Source of the DNA: Myxococcales bacterium
Lineage (GTDB): Bacteria > Myxococcota_A > Polyangia > Polyangiales > DASUME01
Assembly (NCBI GenBank): GCA_047601445.1
Contig: JASGJH010000001.1
Coordinates: 9,056,001-9,120,000 of the forward strand
Direction: 5' to 3'
Length of the DNA stretch: 64,000 nucleotides
Positions within the stretch are counted from its first letter, which is position 1. The number at the start of each line of letters is the position of its first letter. This document shows, one piece after another, positions 22,085 to 33,352 of the stretch. Under the pieces are notes generated by a model that was not told the DNA's origin, did not search any database, and was given only the letters and a program-made list of their open reading frames with translations. The position numbers and the translations under genes were made by a program.

Positions 22085-22768
22085 GTGGACTTCTCCGAGC
22101 TCGACGCGATGATCGATCAGCTGGGGGCCAGGGCCCTGGTCGACACCTTGGAACCCTTTCTCACCGAGGCCCGCAAGGCCCGCATCGAACAGGTGCTCGC
22201 GGGGCGCCTCGAGTCGGTGCGCGTCGGCGTGGAGTGTCCCGAGGATCCCCACAACGCGGCCGCGGTCGTGCGCAGCGCCGAAGCGCTGGGCGCCATGCAC
22301 GTGCACGTGGTGGACGCTCCGACCGGCGCGCTGCACGCACCAGGCACCACCCAGGGAGCCTATTGCTGGGTGCACACCTATCACCATGCCTCGCTCGAGG
22401 AGCTGGTGGGTGCCATGCGGCGCGAAGGTGTAGCGCTGGCCGGGGCCATGATGGAGGGGGCCTTCACGCTGGAGGAGCTGCCGAATGATCGACCCCTGAT
22501 GATCTTGTTCGGCAACGAGGGCACCGGGCTCAGCTCGGCCGCTCAGGCCGCCTGCGACTTTACCTATCGCATCCCCATGGTGGGCATGAGCGAGAGCATG
22601 AACCTCTCGGTGTGCGCGGCGCTCTCGTTGTACAGCGCCACGCGGGCTCGGCGCGCGTACCTAGGCGCGAGCGGTGATCTCGGCGGCGCGCGCTTGCTGT
22701 ACGAGCGCGCGCGCTACTACGCCCGCAGTGTCGATCGGCGCATGCTCGACGCCCTGCTACGCAAGTAG
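22085..22768 (+). CDS. trmH: TrmH/SpoU family RNA 2'-O-methyltransferase
   Basis: DPHNAAAVVRSAEALG, LFGNEGTGLS, IPMVGMSESMNLSV. Confidence 0.88.
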   Translation: MDFSELDAMIDQLGARALVDTLEPFLTEARKARIEQVLAGRLESVRVGVECPEDPHNAAAVVRSAEALGAMHVHVVDAPTGALHAPGTTQGAYCWVHTYHHASLEELVGAMRREGVALAGAMMEGAFTLEELPNDRPLMILFGNEGTGLSSAAQAACDFTYRIPMVGMSESMNLSVCAALSLYSATRARRAYLGASGDLGGARLLYERARYYARSVDRRMLDALLRK

Positions 22769-22777
22769 TCCGCCCGC

Positions 22778-23530
22778 TCAGGCGGCACGCAGGCGCGCGC
22801 TGCCGGCCTGATCTCGCTCGAGGCCACAGGCGTGGGCGACGTCGTCGCGGTAGTCCAGCCAGCCCGAGAGGCACTCGTCCATGGCGGAGATTACGGGCGC
22901 ATAGTCGGCGCGCTCCACGTGGGACAACAGCACGTGCCAGGCTGCCTTGCGATGGTCGCCTTCCACCGCGCGATGAGCCTTGGTCAGCGCCAGGCGCTCG
23001 AGCGGCAGTCCGTAGTGCTTCACCAGCGGGTGTTCCTCGAGCGGAGCTTGCGGGCGCTTGGGCGCGTTCTCTTCGAGCTCTCCGCGTTCGTAGGGCGTGC
23101 CCTCGAGGAACAGCGTGCTCGCCGCCGCAGCCACCGCCCAGCCGCGCTGCATGGTGGCTTGGTCGAGGATCTCGCGAAAGCGCCGCGCGCCAGGCAAGAG
23201 CTGCACGCGCTCGAAGCGCGACACGTCCATGCCGAGGCCACGCGGATACTCCAGGAACAACTCCGGATGCGGTCTGCCCGCCGCGATGCCGCCGGTCTCT
23301 TCCTCGTAGATGTTCTCGACGAGCTCACGCCGCACCGCCGCGAACGGGCACTGCACGTAGGCGCGCCCAACCAGCACCGGGAAGTCTCGCACGTAGACCT
23401 CATACTCCTGCTCGAGGTGGATGTGCAGCAGCTCCTTGGGGACGAGCCCCTTGCCGAACGCCGGCCACGCCCAGTGCAGCTTGCGTTCCATGGTCTTGAG
23501 CAGCGACTCCCGAAAGCTGGCTACATCCAC
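22778..23530 (-). CDS. heme-oxygenase-like diiron protein (PqqC/TenA/CADD superfamily)
   Basis: ENIYEEETG..HPELF and HRAVEGDH metal-ligand pattern; GGAGG RBS before GTG at 23530. Confidence 0.75.
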   Translation of the reverse strand: MDVASFRESLLKTMERKLHWAWPAFGKGLVPKELLHIHLEQEYEVYVRDFPVLVGRAYVQCPFAAVRRELVENIYEEETGGIAAGRPHPELFLEYPRGLGMDVSRFERVQLLPGARRFREILDQATMQRGWAVAAAASTLFLEGTPYERGELEENAPKRPQAPLEEHPLVKHYGLPLERLALTKAHRAVEGDHRKAAWHVLLSHVERADYAPVISAMDECLSGWLDYRDDVAHACGLERDQAGSARLRAA

Positions 23531-23602
23531 GACGCCCTCCTTGTTGGAACACGATTCGGCTCGCACCAAGCGCAGCAGGCAGTTGCTCGCGAATTCCCGC
23601 GC

Positions 23603-24465
23603 TTACTTAGGCTGACACGGAAGGTTCGCGTTCGGCACCCCGTAACCGCCGCAGGTGATGACGTTGCCGGCGCAGACCTGCTGCGACACGCGCAACGGAC
23701 CTACGAAACCCACGGCATCTCCCCAGCAGTATTCGAAGCCACAGTTGGGATCCCCAGGGCTGCACTTCAACATGCACTGGGTCCCGGTCTCTTCGCATCG
23801 GGTCTTCTTACAGCTGTCGGAGCCGCGGCAGTCGACGATGCAGTCACCGGCCCCCTTGCAGGTGGCGTTGCAAGTGCCCGTGTCGACGCAGTTGATCTCG
23901 CACACGTTCGTCAGGGACTTGTTGCACAGCGGGTTACACACGTCGGTGCCGCTGCAGTTGATGTCGCAGGCCGTCGTGGAATTGCAGAGCGGGGTACAAA
24001 GCTCGATGTCGGGACACTGGAGATCGCAGACTGAAGTGCCCTCGCAGTTGGGCATGGGATCTACCGGCGGCCCGGCTTCGTGGCCCGCGTCGTGTGCGCC
24101 CGCGTCCCCGGCGTCGGGAAGGTGCGGACCCGCGTCGGTACCAGCATCGTGGGCGGCGTCCGGCGTGTCGGCATCCCCTGCGTCGCGGTTCCCGCTGTCG
24201 CCCGCGTTGGCATCCATCTGCACGTCGAGCGCGGCGTCCATGGAGGCGTCGAGATCGATCGCAGCGTCCATGTCTGCGTCCAGGCCGGCGTCCTGCGGCG
24301 TGGTGTTTGTGTCGTCGCCGGCATCCTCCGATGCCAGCGAGGTATCCGGAACCTCGACGCCGGGCAGCCTTCCAGCATCCAGCCCGACGCCGTCGTAGCC
24401 CACCAGGAAGCACCCGCTCGACGTGAGCGCGATGCAGCTCGTGAGCACGCCGGCGAGGCCGCGCA

Positions 24466-24466
<1 letters not shown>
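23603..24466 (-). CDS. lipoprotein with Asp/Ala-rich (DAG) linker and Cys-rich C-terminal domain
   Basis: Lipobox LTSSG-C; many DAG units; regularly spaced CxxxC units; TAATG overlap with the kinase stop. Confidence 0.75.
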
Positions 24467-26040
<1,574 letters not shown>

Positions 26041-26065
26041 GTTCGAGAATCGAACTATATCGTGA

Positions 26066-27493
26066 CTAGCGCAATCGGCGCAGGTAGTAGTGCACGCCGG
26101 TGACGGGGTGACTCACTCGTACGGCGAGCGCCCCCTTTGTCGGACTTACCGGTACCGTGGCACGGAAGCGACCTTGCGCGTCGAGTGCGACAGGTACGCC
26201 GTCGACCGACACGTCCGAGCGCAACAGTGCAGTTCCGGCTACTGGGATCTCGTTCCCAGGGTTTGGGCTGCCTTCGGCTGGCGCAGATAGGTAGGCGGAG
26301 CGCGCCGTGTTGTCGAAAACGATGCGCAAGCTGCCTTGCGCGGAGTGGTGACCATCGCTGGCGGTGAACGCGAACTCGTACTCGCCCTCGCCGAGCTCGC
26401 CCGATTTCAATTCGTGCTGCGGGCGCTTCAAGTCGTAACGCTGCTCACGACCGCCCTTGCGAATGACGAGGTTGTAACGCGCCGCGGCAGGCGCCTCCGA
26501 CCAACCCATCGCGACCACCGGCAACACGTTTTGATAGCGCACCGTGTAGCGCCGCCCGTCGGCCTCCACCTCGACGTGCGGCACCGTCTTCGGCAGCTCC
26601 ATGGTGGCGGGATCACGCTGCACGCGCAGGGTGCCCTCGTTGCCCACGGGCTTCTTGCCGCAGCGCATCTTGAGCCGATAGGAGCCCGCCGTGAGCCGCA
26701 CGACGACGGAGTCGCTGCCGCGGGCCGGCGTAAGCTGATTGCGGCCCGCTGGACCCGACACGTCCAGCACCATCGGTCCGTCGGCGCAGCTCTCGAGTCC
26801 CACGCGCACGTCCACCGGCAGCGTGGTCGCGTGCACCGTCGCGCTCTCGGGCCCGAGCAGCCCAAAGTCCGCGCGTGACGACGTGCTCACGCCGCTCTCG
26901 CTGTCGTTGGTCTCGGCGGCGACTTCGCTAGCCGGCTTGGGGGACGTGGCGGCCACTTCTGGCTGCTTGAGCGAAAGCTCCTGTCCCTGCGAGAGATTCA
27001 CCGTGGATCCGTCCTCTTGCTGGACCGTGACCTTGCCGACGAGCACGTCGAAGGTGACGTCGGATGTGGCGCCCTCACCGGCGTTCACGCGCACGCGCGC
27101 GCCTTTGCTCAAGCGCGCGAGGCCCCGCGCCGTGTGGACCTCGAGATCCAGACCGAGCGACGTCAGCTCCACGGCGCCCTCTTCCAGGGTGATGCGCTCG
27201 TTAGCGTTGCCGGGCGCCTGCGCCAGGAAACGCATGACCGTATTCGGTTCGACCACCGCGCTGCCCTCGGGGAACAGCCTGAGTCGCGCCACACTCTTGT
27301 CGCCCGTGCGCAAGCCGTCGCCCATCGAGAGCCGGTCGCCGCTCGCCGCGACGAGCCACGAGCCCTGCCTGGCAGCCAAATCGCGTTTCACATCGCCGCT
27401 CAACGTATCGAGCTCCGCCACCTCGCCACCCCCACAGGTGCCGGCGCAGGCGACGAGCCATGCAAACAGCAATCCCCACCAGCGTGGGTTCAC
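26066..27493 (-). CDS. FecR-domain exported protein with C-terminal Ig-like domains
   Basis: Signal/lipobox; [36 protein letters not shown] FecR-type pattern. Confidence 0.7.
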   Translation of the reverse strand: MNPRWWGLLFAWLVACAGTCGGGEVAELDTLSGDVKRDLAARQGSWLVAASGDRLSMGDGLRTGDKSVARLRLFPEGSAVVEPNTVMRFLAQAPGNANERITLEEGAVELTSLGLDLEVHTARGLARLSKGARVRVNAGEGATSDVTFDVLVGKVTVQQEDGSTVNLSQGQELSLKQPEVAATSPKPASEVAAETNDSESGVSTSSRADFGLLGPESATVHATTLPVDVRVGLESCADGPMVLDVSGPAGRNQLTPARGSDSVVVRLTAGSYRLKMRCGKKPVGNEGTLRVQRDPATMELPKTVPHVEVEADGRRYTVRYQNVLPVVAMGWSEAPAAARYNLVIRKGGREQRYDLKRPQHELKSGELGEGEYEFAFTASDGHHSAQGSLRIVFDNTARSAYLSAPAEGSPNPGNEIPVAGTALLRSDVSVDGVPVALDAQGRFRATVPVSPTKGALAVRVSHPVTGVHYYLRRLR

Positions 27494-28980
27494 TTGCGCG
27501 TTCTCCGCAAATCCACGACGAGGATGGTAACTCCGAGCCGCTCCACTTGCGCACTTCGCTCCTGGGTCTCGTGCCCTTCGGCGCTGATCCGGAGTCGATA
27601 GTCACCCGGCGGCACATCGATCAGGAAGGTTCCGTCGTCGGCGGTCTGGAGCACCTGGCCAGTGGTCAAAATCTCGACCTGAGCCTTGAGCGGGCCACCG
27701 CGCAAGCTGCGCACCTTGCCCTTGATTTCGCCTTCGGGGAGGCTGCGCTCCACCGGGACTGGAAGTTCCAGGTGGGCCTGCTCCAGCACCACGCGCTGGG
27801 AGGCGGGTTTGCAGCCCTGGGCCGTGACCTCGATGTCGAGCGCTTCGCCGCGCACCACGCGGAACCGGGCGCGTCCGCCGGCGTCGGTCTCGGCGCTCAA
27901 GGTCTCTTCGCCCATGGTCACGGTGACGGCCGCGCCGGCCATCGGGGCGTCCGCGTCGGTCACCAGGACCACCAGCTCGCCCTTGGCGGCGACCTTGGGC
28001 TGCTCCTCGGTCGCGCGGTCGAGGGGCTGTTCCGTGGGCTCCGGCGCCGGCTTCTTGCCGAGCAGGATGCCGAGCGTGAACGCCGCCCAAAAGCGCGGTT
28101 CGATGCGGATCAAGTCGTTGAACTGGGGGCGGCTGCTCAGGCCGAACCCGATTTCCGCGCCCGGCACCCAGCGCTCGCCCACCACGGTCTGCAGGGCCCC
28201 GCGGAGGCGCATGGGCGACTGCATGGGAGTCGGCGCGCCGGCGCCCACGTTCACATCCCAGCTCCACTCGCCGACGACGGTGAAGCGCCGAAGCTGAGCG
28301 GTGAGCATGGCGCCCGCCAACACCGCGTTGTAGCGGGAGACGGAGGCGCCGAGCTGGTCGGCTTGGCTCAGCGTGTCGGGGTTCTTCAGGGCGTGCGCGC
28401 TGCGGTCGAAGCGGTAGCCGAATACGCCGCTGAGCTCACCGCCCTCCCAGGCGGCCCACGAAGCCAACGCCGACAACTCCGAGGAGACGCCGGAGAATCC
28501 CAACTTGGTGGCGTTTGCGCCGGGGAAGCGGAAGCGCGTCTGCCCCGCCAGGGAGAACTTGGAGCCGACGGCGAAGGCGTGTCGCGTGGTGAGCTCGGTG
28601 CTACCTGCGAAACCCGAGTCGTTGCCCAGGCTCTTGCTGCGGTGGATGTCGTAGCGACCGTCCAGCTTCAGGGCCAGCTGGAGCCAGTTGAGCCGTGCAA
28701 AGGCACCCGCGAACTCGGAAAAGATGCGCTCGTGGTGATCGTCCGTGCCGAGCACGGCTTCGGTATGGGCATAGCCGAGCGAGAAAGCTCCGCGAAACGC
28801 GCGCAGGGTGTCGGATTTTGGCGTGAGCCGGGCCGAGCCGACGAAGCGGCCTCCGTCGAGACCTTCGGGACCGAGCGGTGCGGCCTGCGCGTGCAGCGAG
28901 CCCGCGCCCAGCAGCACAAATCCAAACACCCAGCACACAGCGACCGCCCAAAGGGCGCGGCCGGGGAGCACTTCCTTCAT
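27490..28980 (-). CDS. exported protein: probable beta-barrel N-domain plus two carboxypeptidase-regulatory-like domains
   Basis: Signal peptide; amphipathic beta strands; TDAGGRARF and TADDGTFLIDVPPGDYRLRISAEGHETQ repeats; GTGA overlap with the FecR gene. Confidence 0.65.
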   Translation of the reverse strand: MKEVLPGRALWAVAVCWVFGFVLLGAGSLHAQAAPLGPEGLDGGRFVGSARLTPKSDTLRAFRGAFSLGYAHTEAVLGTDDHHERIFSEFAGAFARLNWLQLALKLDGRYDIHRSKSLGNDSGFAGSTELTTRHAFAVGSKFSLAGQTRFRFPGANATKLGFSGVSSELSALASWAAWEGGELSGVFGYRFDRSAHALKNPDTLSQADQLGASVSRYNAVLAGAMLTAQLRRFTVVGEWSWDVNVGAGAPTPMQSPMRLRGALQTVVGERWVPGAEIGFGLSSRPQFNDLIRIEPRFWAAFTLGILLGKKPAPEPTEQPLDRATEEQPKVAAKGELVVLVTDADAPMAGAAVTVTMGEETLSAETDAGGRARFRVVRGEALDIEVTAQGCKPASQRVVLEQAHLELPVPVERSLPEGEIKGKVRSLRGGPLKAQVEILTTGQVLQTADDGTFLIDVPPGDYRLRISAEGHETQERSAQVERLGVTILVVDLRRTRK

Positions 28981-29161
28981 AAGCACAGGGATCTTCTCAT
29001 CCCAAGGCGGTTGTCACCAACAGAACAATAGGGTGCCCGCGGCGTCCCCCGCGTTTTGTGACAAGGGGGGGCGAAAAGGGACAATCGAGGGGCATCTTGA
29101 AACCGCGCATTGTGTGCGTAACGATGCCAAGTGCACGCTCGGGGTGTGCGAGGGGAGAGCC

Positions 29162-30838
29162 ATGGAGATTGAGTCGAGCGATCTGGTCCTTGATCGCGCT
29201 TACGCCTGGGAACGTCAGATGCCCAACCGCATCTACATGACGCAGCCTATGGGACTGGGTGTGCTCCGCGAATACACCTGGCAGGCCACCCTCGATGAGG
29301 CCCGTCGGGTCGCTGCCCACCTGCAGTCGTACGGCTTTCCACCGGGCTCCAAGATCGCGATCATCTCCAAGAACTGCGCTCACTTCATCATGAGTGATCT
29401 GGCCATCTGGATGGCCGGGCACGTGTCCGTGGCGCTGTACCCCACGCTGCAGGCCGATACGGTCCGCTACATCCTAGAGCACAGCGAAGCCAAGCTCGCC
29501 TTCATCGGCAAGCTCGACGACTGGGAGAGCATGAAGGCCGGTGTGCCCGCCGGCATGCCATGCATCTCGTATCCGCTGAGTCCGCCCAACGACTTCCCCA
29601 CCTGGGATCGTCTGGTCAAAGACACGCAGCCCATCGCGGGCAGTCCCACACGCGGAGCCGACGAGACCGCGTTGCTCGTGTACACCTCGGGCAGCACGGG
29701 CAAGCCGAAGGGCGTCGAGCACACCTTCCGCGCGATGTCGACTGCGGGCAAGGGCGTCACCCAGGCGCTCCACATGAACTCGTCGGAGCGCATGCTCTCG
29801 TATTTGCCGCTCGCTCACGTGTTGGAGCGCTATGCGGTGGAGGCTGCCTCCCTCCGCATCGGCTCGCAGCTCTTCTTCGCGGAGGCTCTCGATACCTTCG
29901 TGCAAGACGTCCAGCGCTGCCAACCCACGATCTTCCACTCGGTGCCGCGCCTGTGGCTCAAGTTCCAGCAGGGCGTATTGGCCAAGATGCCCGCCGAGAA
30001 GCTCAACCGTCTGCTGCGCCTGCCCATCATCGGCAGCCTCGTGCGCAAGAAGGTGCTCAAGGGGCTGGGACTCCACAAGGCGCGCTTGGCGGTCAGCGGC
30101 TCGGCGCCCATCCCGCCCGAGCTCATCAATTGGTACCGCGCGCTCGGCCTCGAGTTGCTCGAGGGCTACGGCATGTCCGAGAATTTCGCCTACTCGCACG
30201 TCTCGCTGCCCGGGCGCTCGCGCGTCGGCTATGTGGGCAACTGCTTGCCCGATGTGGAACACCGCATCAGCCCCGAGGGCGAGATCCAGATCAAGAGCCC
30301 GGCCAACATGCGGGGTTACTTCAAGGAGCCCGAGCTGACCCGCCAGTCGTTCACCGACGATGGCTTCCTCAAGACGGGCGACCGCGGCGAGATCGACAGC
30401 GAAGGTCGCCTCAAGATCACGGGGCGTGTGAAGGAGCTGTTCAAGACCAGCAAGGGCAAATACGTGGCTCCCGCGCCCATCGAGAACCTGCTCAACGCCG
30501 ATCAGCGTATCGAGATGTCGTGCGTGGCGGGCGCGGGGCAGCCGCAACCGTTCGCCATGGTCATGCTCTCCGAGCAGCTGCGGAAGCAGCTCAAGCAGGG
30601 TGGGGCCGACCGCGCGGGCATCGAGCAGGCCATGCAGAACCTCGTGAATACCGTGAACAATCAGATCGAGGAGTACGAGCAGCTGAAGTTCGTGGTCATC
30701 GTCGAGCAAGAATGGCAAATCGAGAACGGCTTCTTGACGCCCACGCTCAAGCTCAAGCGCAACGTCGTCGAAGACGCCTACGGCAAGCACGTGCCTAACT
30801 GGTACGGCACGAACAAGCCAGTGCTCTGGCAGTCCTGA
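29162..30838 (+). CDS. long-chain fatty acid--CoA ligase (AMP-binding)
   Basis: YTSGSTGKPKGV, LSYLPLAH, EGYGMSE, KTGDRG, FKTSKGKYVAP, LTPTLKLKR. Confidence 0.93.
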   Translation: MEIESSDLVLDRAYAWERQMPNRIYMTQPMGLGVLREYTWQATLDEARRVAAHLQSYGFPPGSKIAIISKNCAHFIMSDLAIWMAGHVSVALYPTLQADTVRYILEHSEAKLAFIGKLDDWESMKAGVPAGMPCISYPLSPPNDFPTWDRLVKDTQPIAGSPTRGADETALLVYTSGSTGKPKGVEHTFRAMSTAGKGVTQALHMNSSERMLSYLPLAHVLERYAVEAASLRIGSQLFFAEALDTFVQDVQRCQPTIFHSVPRLWLKFQQGVLAKMPAEKLNRLLRLPIIGSLVRKKVLKGLGLHKARLAVSGSAPIPPELINWYRALGLELLEGYGMSENFAYSHVSLPGRSRVGYVGNCLPDVEHRISPEGEIQIKSPANMRGYFKEPELTRQSFTDDGFLKTGDRGEIDSEGRLKITGRVKELFKTSKGKYVAPAPIENLLNADQRIEMSCVAGAGQPQPFAMVMLSEQLRKQLKQGGADRAGIEQAMQNLVNTVNNQIEEYEQLKFVVIVEQEWQIENGFLTPTLKLKRNVVEDAYGKHVPNWYGTNKPVLWQS

Positions 30839-30845
30839 GGCGGTC

Positions 30846-32336
30846 GTGCGCGCGCCCGAGAGTCGTCTGCGTGCGCTCAACCAGCGGTCGGTCTCTGCCA
30901 AGGGCAAGTTCGTCCTGTACTGGATGACCTCCGCCCGCAGGCCGCACTACAACTTCGGCCTCGAGCATGCGGTGGCGCTGGCCAAGCAGCACCACGTCCC
31001 CTTGCTGGTACTGGAGGCCCTGCGCGTGGGCTATCCGTGGGCGTCCGTGCGTCTACACGACTTCGTGCTGGCTGGCATGCGCGATCACCTGGCGCACTTC
31101 GAGGGCAGCGCCGTCACCTATTACCCCTACGTGGAGCCTTCACCCGGAGCTGGTTCCGGATTGCTCGCGGCGCTCGCAGAGCACGCGTGCTCGGTGGTGG
31201 CCGACGACTACCCCGCATTCTTCTTGCCTCACATGCTCGAGGCCGCCGCGCGCAAGATCTCGGTGTGCATGGAGGCCGTGGATGGGAACGGCTTGCTGCC
31301 GATCTCCGCGGCAGACGGGCGGACCTTCGCGACAGCCTATAGTTTCAGGCGCTTCTTGCAGCAGAAGCTGCCGGCCGAGCTTTCACGCGTGCCGCGCAAG
31401 GATCCGCTCAAGGGTGTGCAGCTCGCCGAGCTCACCAAGCTGCCGCGGGGGATCGCTGCGCGTTGGCCCGCGGTCAGCGAGGCCGAGCTCGCCGATCGGA
31501 CGGGACTGCTCGCGCGACTGCCGATCGATCAGAGCGTCCCGGTGGTGACCGCCTACGAAGGTGGCTATGTGGCGGGGGCCAAGCAGCTCAAGCGCTTTCT
31601 TGGTCAGCAGCTCGCGCACTACGCAGACGCGCGCAGTCACCCGGACTCGGGTGCCAGCAGCGGACTGTCGCCGTGGCTGCACTTCGGTCACGTATCGACG
31701 CATCAAGTCATCGCCGAGCTGATGAAGGTGGAGGACTGGGACGGCCATCCCAGGGGCAAGACCCGCAACGGCACACGCGAGGGCTTTTGGGGGCTCAGCG
31801 CAGGGGCCGACGCGTTCCTGGACGAGCTGGTGACGTGGCGCGAGCTCGGCTTCAACACTTGCGCCACCCTCGAGAACTACGCGGACTACGACTCCTTGCC
31901 GGATTGGGCGCGGGAGACCCTGCGCGAGCACGAGAAGGACCCGCGCGAGCCCCTTTACACACTGGCGCAGCTCGAGCGCGCGGAGACCTACGACGAGATC
32001 TGGAACGCGGCCCAGCGCCAGCTGCTCTGGGAGGGACGCATCCACAACTACCTGCGCATGTTGTGGGGCAAGAAGATCCTCGAGTGGACACGGCATCCGC
32101 GTGAGGCACTCGAGATCATGATCCAGCTCAACAACAAGTACGCCGTGGACGGGCGCGATCCCAACTCCTACTCCGGCATCTTTTGGGTGCTCGGGCGCTA
32201 CGACCGCCCCTGGGCACCCAAGCGGAAGATCTTCGGCAGCATTCGCTACATGAGCAGCGCGTCCACTCAGCGAAAGCTACGCCTGCGTCGCTATCTCGAG
32301 CATTACGGAAGTGCCGCCCAGGGAGAGCTGTTCTGA
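30846..32336 (+). CDS. phr: class II CPD DNA photolyase
   Basis: VLYWM, SGLSPWLHFGH, FLDELVTWREL, IHNYLRMLWGKKILEW, DGRDPNSY, DRPW, IRYM. Confidence 0.92.
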   Translation: MRAPESRLRALNQRSVSAKGKFVLYWMTSARRPHYNFGLEHAVALAKQHHVPLLVLEALRVGYPWASVRLHDFVLAGMRDHLAHFEGSAVTYYPYVEPSPGAGSGLLAALAEHACSVVADDYPAFFLPHMLEAAARKISVCMEAVDGNGLLPISAADGRTFATAYSFRRFLQQKLPAELSRVPRKDPLKGVQLAELTKLPRGIAARWPAVSEAELADRTGLLARLPIDQSVPVVTAYEGGYVAGAKQLKRFLGQQLAHYADARSHPDSGASSGLSPWLHFGHVSTHQVIAELMKVEDWDGHPRGKTRNGTREGFWGLSAGADAFLDELVTWRELGFNTCATLENYADYDSLPDWARETLREHEKDPREPLYTLAQLERAETYDEIWNAAQRQLLWEGRIHNYLRMLWGKKILEWTRHPREALEIMIQLNNKYAVDGRDPNSYSGIFWVLGRYDRPWAPKRKIFGSIRYMSSASTQRKLRLRRYLEHYGSAAQGELF

Positions 32337-33352
32337 GGCCTCGACGGGCCCTCTGTGGCTGCGGGCAGTACGTCCTCCGGGAAGTCCAGCTGACGCGCGG
32401 GGGGGCGCGCACGTTGACCCTGGACCAGTCGCTCGTCGAGGAAACGCGGGAACTCACGGGCGTGATCGCGTGTCGCACTCAGCGCGAGTGCGAGCTTGCG
32501 AGGCGTGGGCACCACGGCGCGTCCGCAGCGCGGATCGTAATCCCGAGCGGCGACCAGGAGACCGATCGCGTGATAGAGGCGGCTCGCAGCGCGCACGGCG
32601 AGGCCGGCCGTGAAGGGCAGTGCGCTGATGCCTCGTTCGGCGGAGGTGTAGTAGCGATCGGCTTCGCGTAGCAGGGTGCGCATCACCTCCTGCATGGCGG
32701 AGAGCAGCGCTGGGTCGCTGGGGAAGGGCCCGCGGATGTCGCGCGGCAGCTGGGTCGCGCCGGCGGCGAGCAAGAGCCGGCGGGGTAGGTAAAGGCGGCC
32801 GAGTCCCCAATCTTCCTGGACGTCGCGACAGATGTTGGTGAGCTGCATGGCGATGCCGAGGTGGGCGGCCGGCAACAGCGCGTCGTCGCGTGTGATGCCG
32901 AAGACGTGGCACATCATCAGGCCCACCACGCCCGCCACGCGGTGGCAGTAAAGCAACAGATCGTCGAGGGTCTCGTAGCGTGCGCCGAGCACGTCCATGC
33001 CCATGCCGTCGATCAGCTCACGCGGATAGCGTATGGGGAGCCCCGAGTTGAGCGCCACCGCCCTGAAAGCACGCAGGGCTGGGTCACCGAGGGCCGTGGC
33101 CATGTCGGGCTCGGCGTAGCACTCTTCCAGCTCACGCTTGAGGCGCTCGAGCGCAGCCGGTTGCTCCGCCGCGGGTGCGTCATCGATGGCGTCATCCACG
33201 CGCCGGCAATAGGCGTAGACCGCCGCAGCACGGTCCCGCGCGTCCGGCGCCAGGAACCGCGCAGCCAGGGCGAAGCTCTTGGAGTTCTGCTCGAGGATCT
33301 CTCGGCACTCACGCAGGGCGAGCGCATGCGAAGGAGAGTTGGGCTGACTCAC
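32303..33352 (-). CDS. crtB: phytoene synthase
   Basis: SKSFALA, YAYCRRVDDAID, YCHRVAGVVG, LGIAMQLTNICRDVQED, GRLYLP. Confidence 0.93.
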   Translation of the reverse strand: MSQPNSPSHALALRECREILEQNSKSFALAARFLAPDARDRAAAVYAYCRRVDDAIDDAPAAEQPAALERLKRELEECYAEPDMATALGDPALRAFRAVALNSGLPIRYPRELIDGMGMDVLGARYETLDDLLLYCHRVAGVVGLMMCHVFGITRDDALLPAAHLGIAMQLTNICRDVQEDWGLGRLYLPRRLLLAAGATQLPRDIRGPFPSDPALLSAMQEVMRTLLREADRYYTSAERGISALPFTAGLAVRAASRLYHAIGLLVAARDYDPRCGRAVVPTPRKLALALSATRDHAREFPRFLDERLVQGQRARPPARQLDFPEDVLPAATEGPSRPQNSSPWAALP

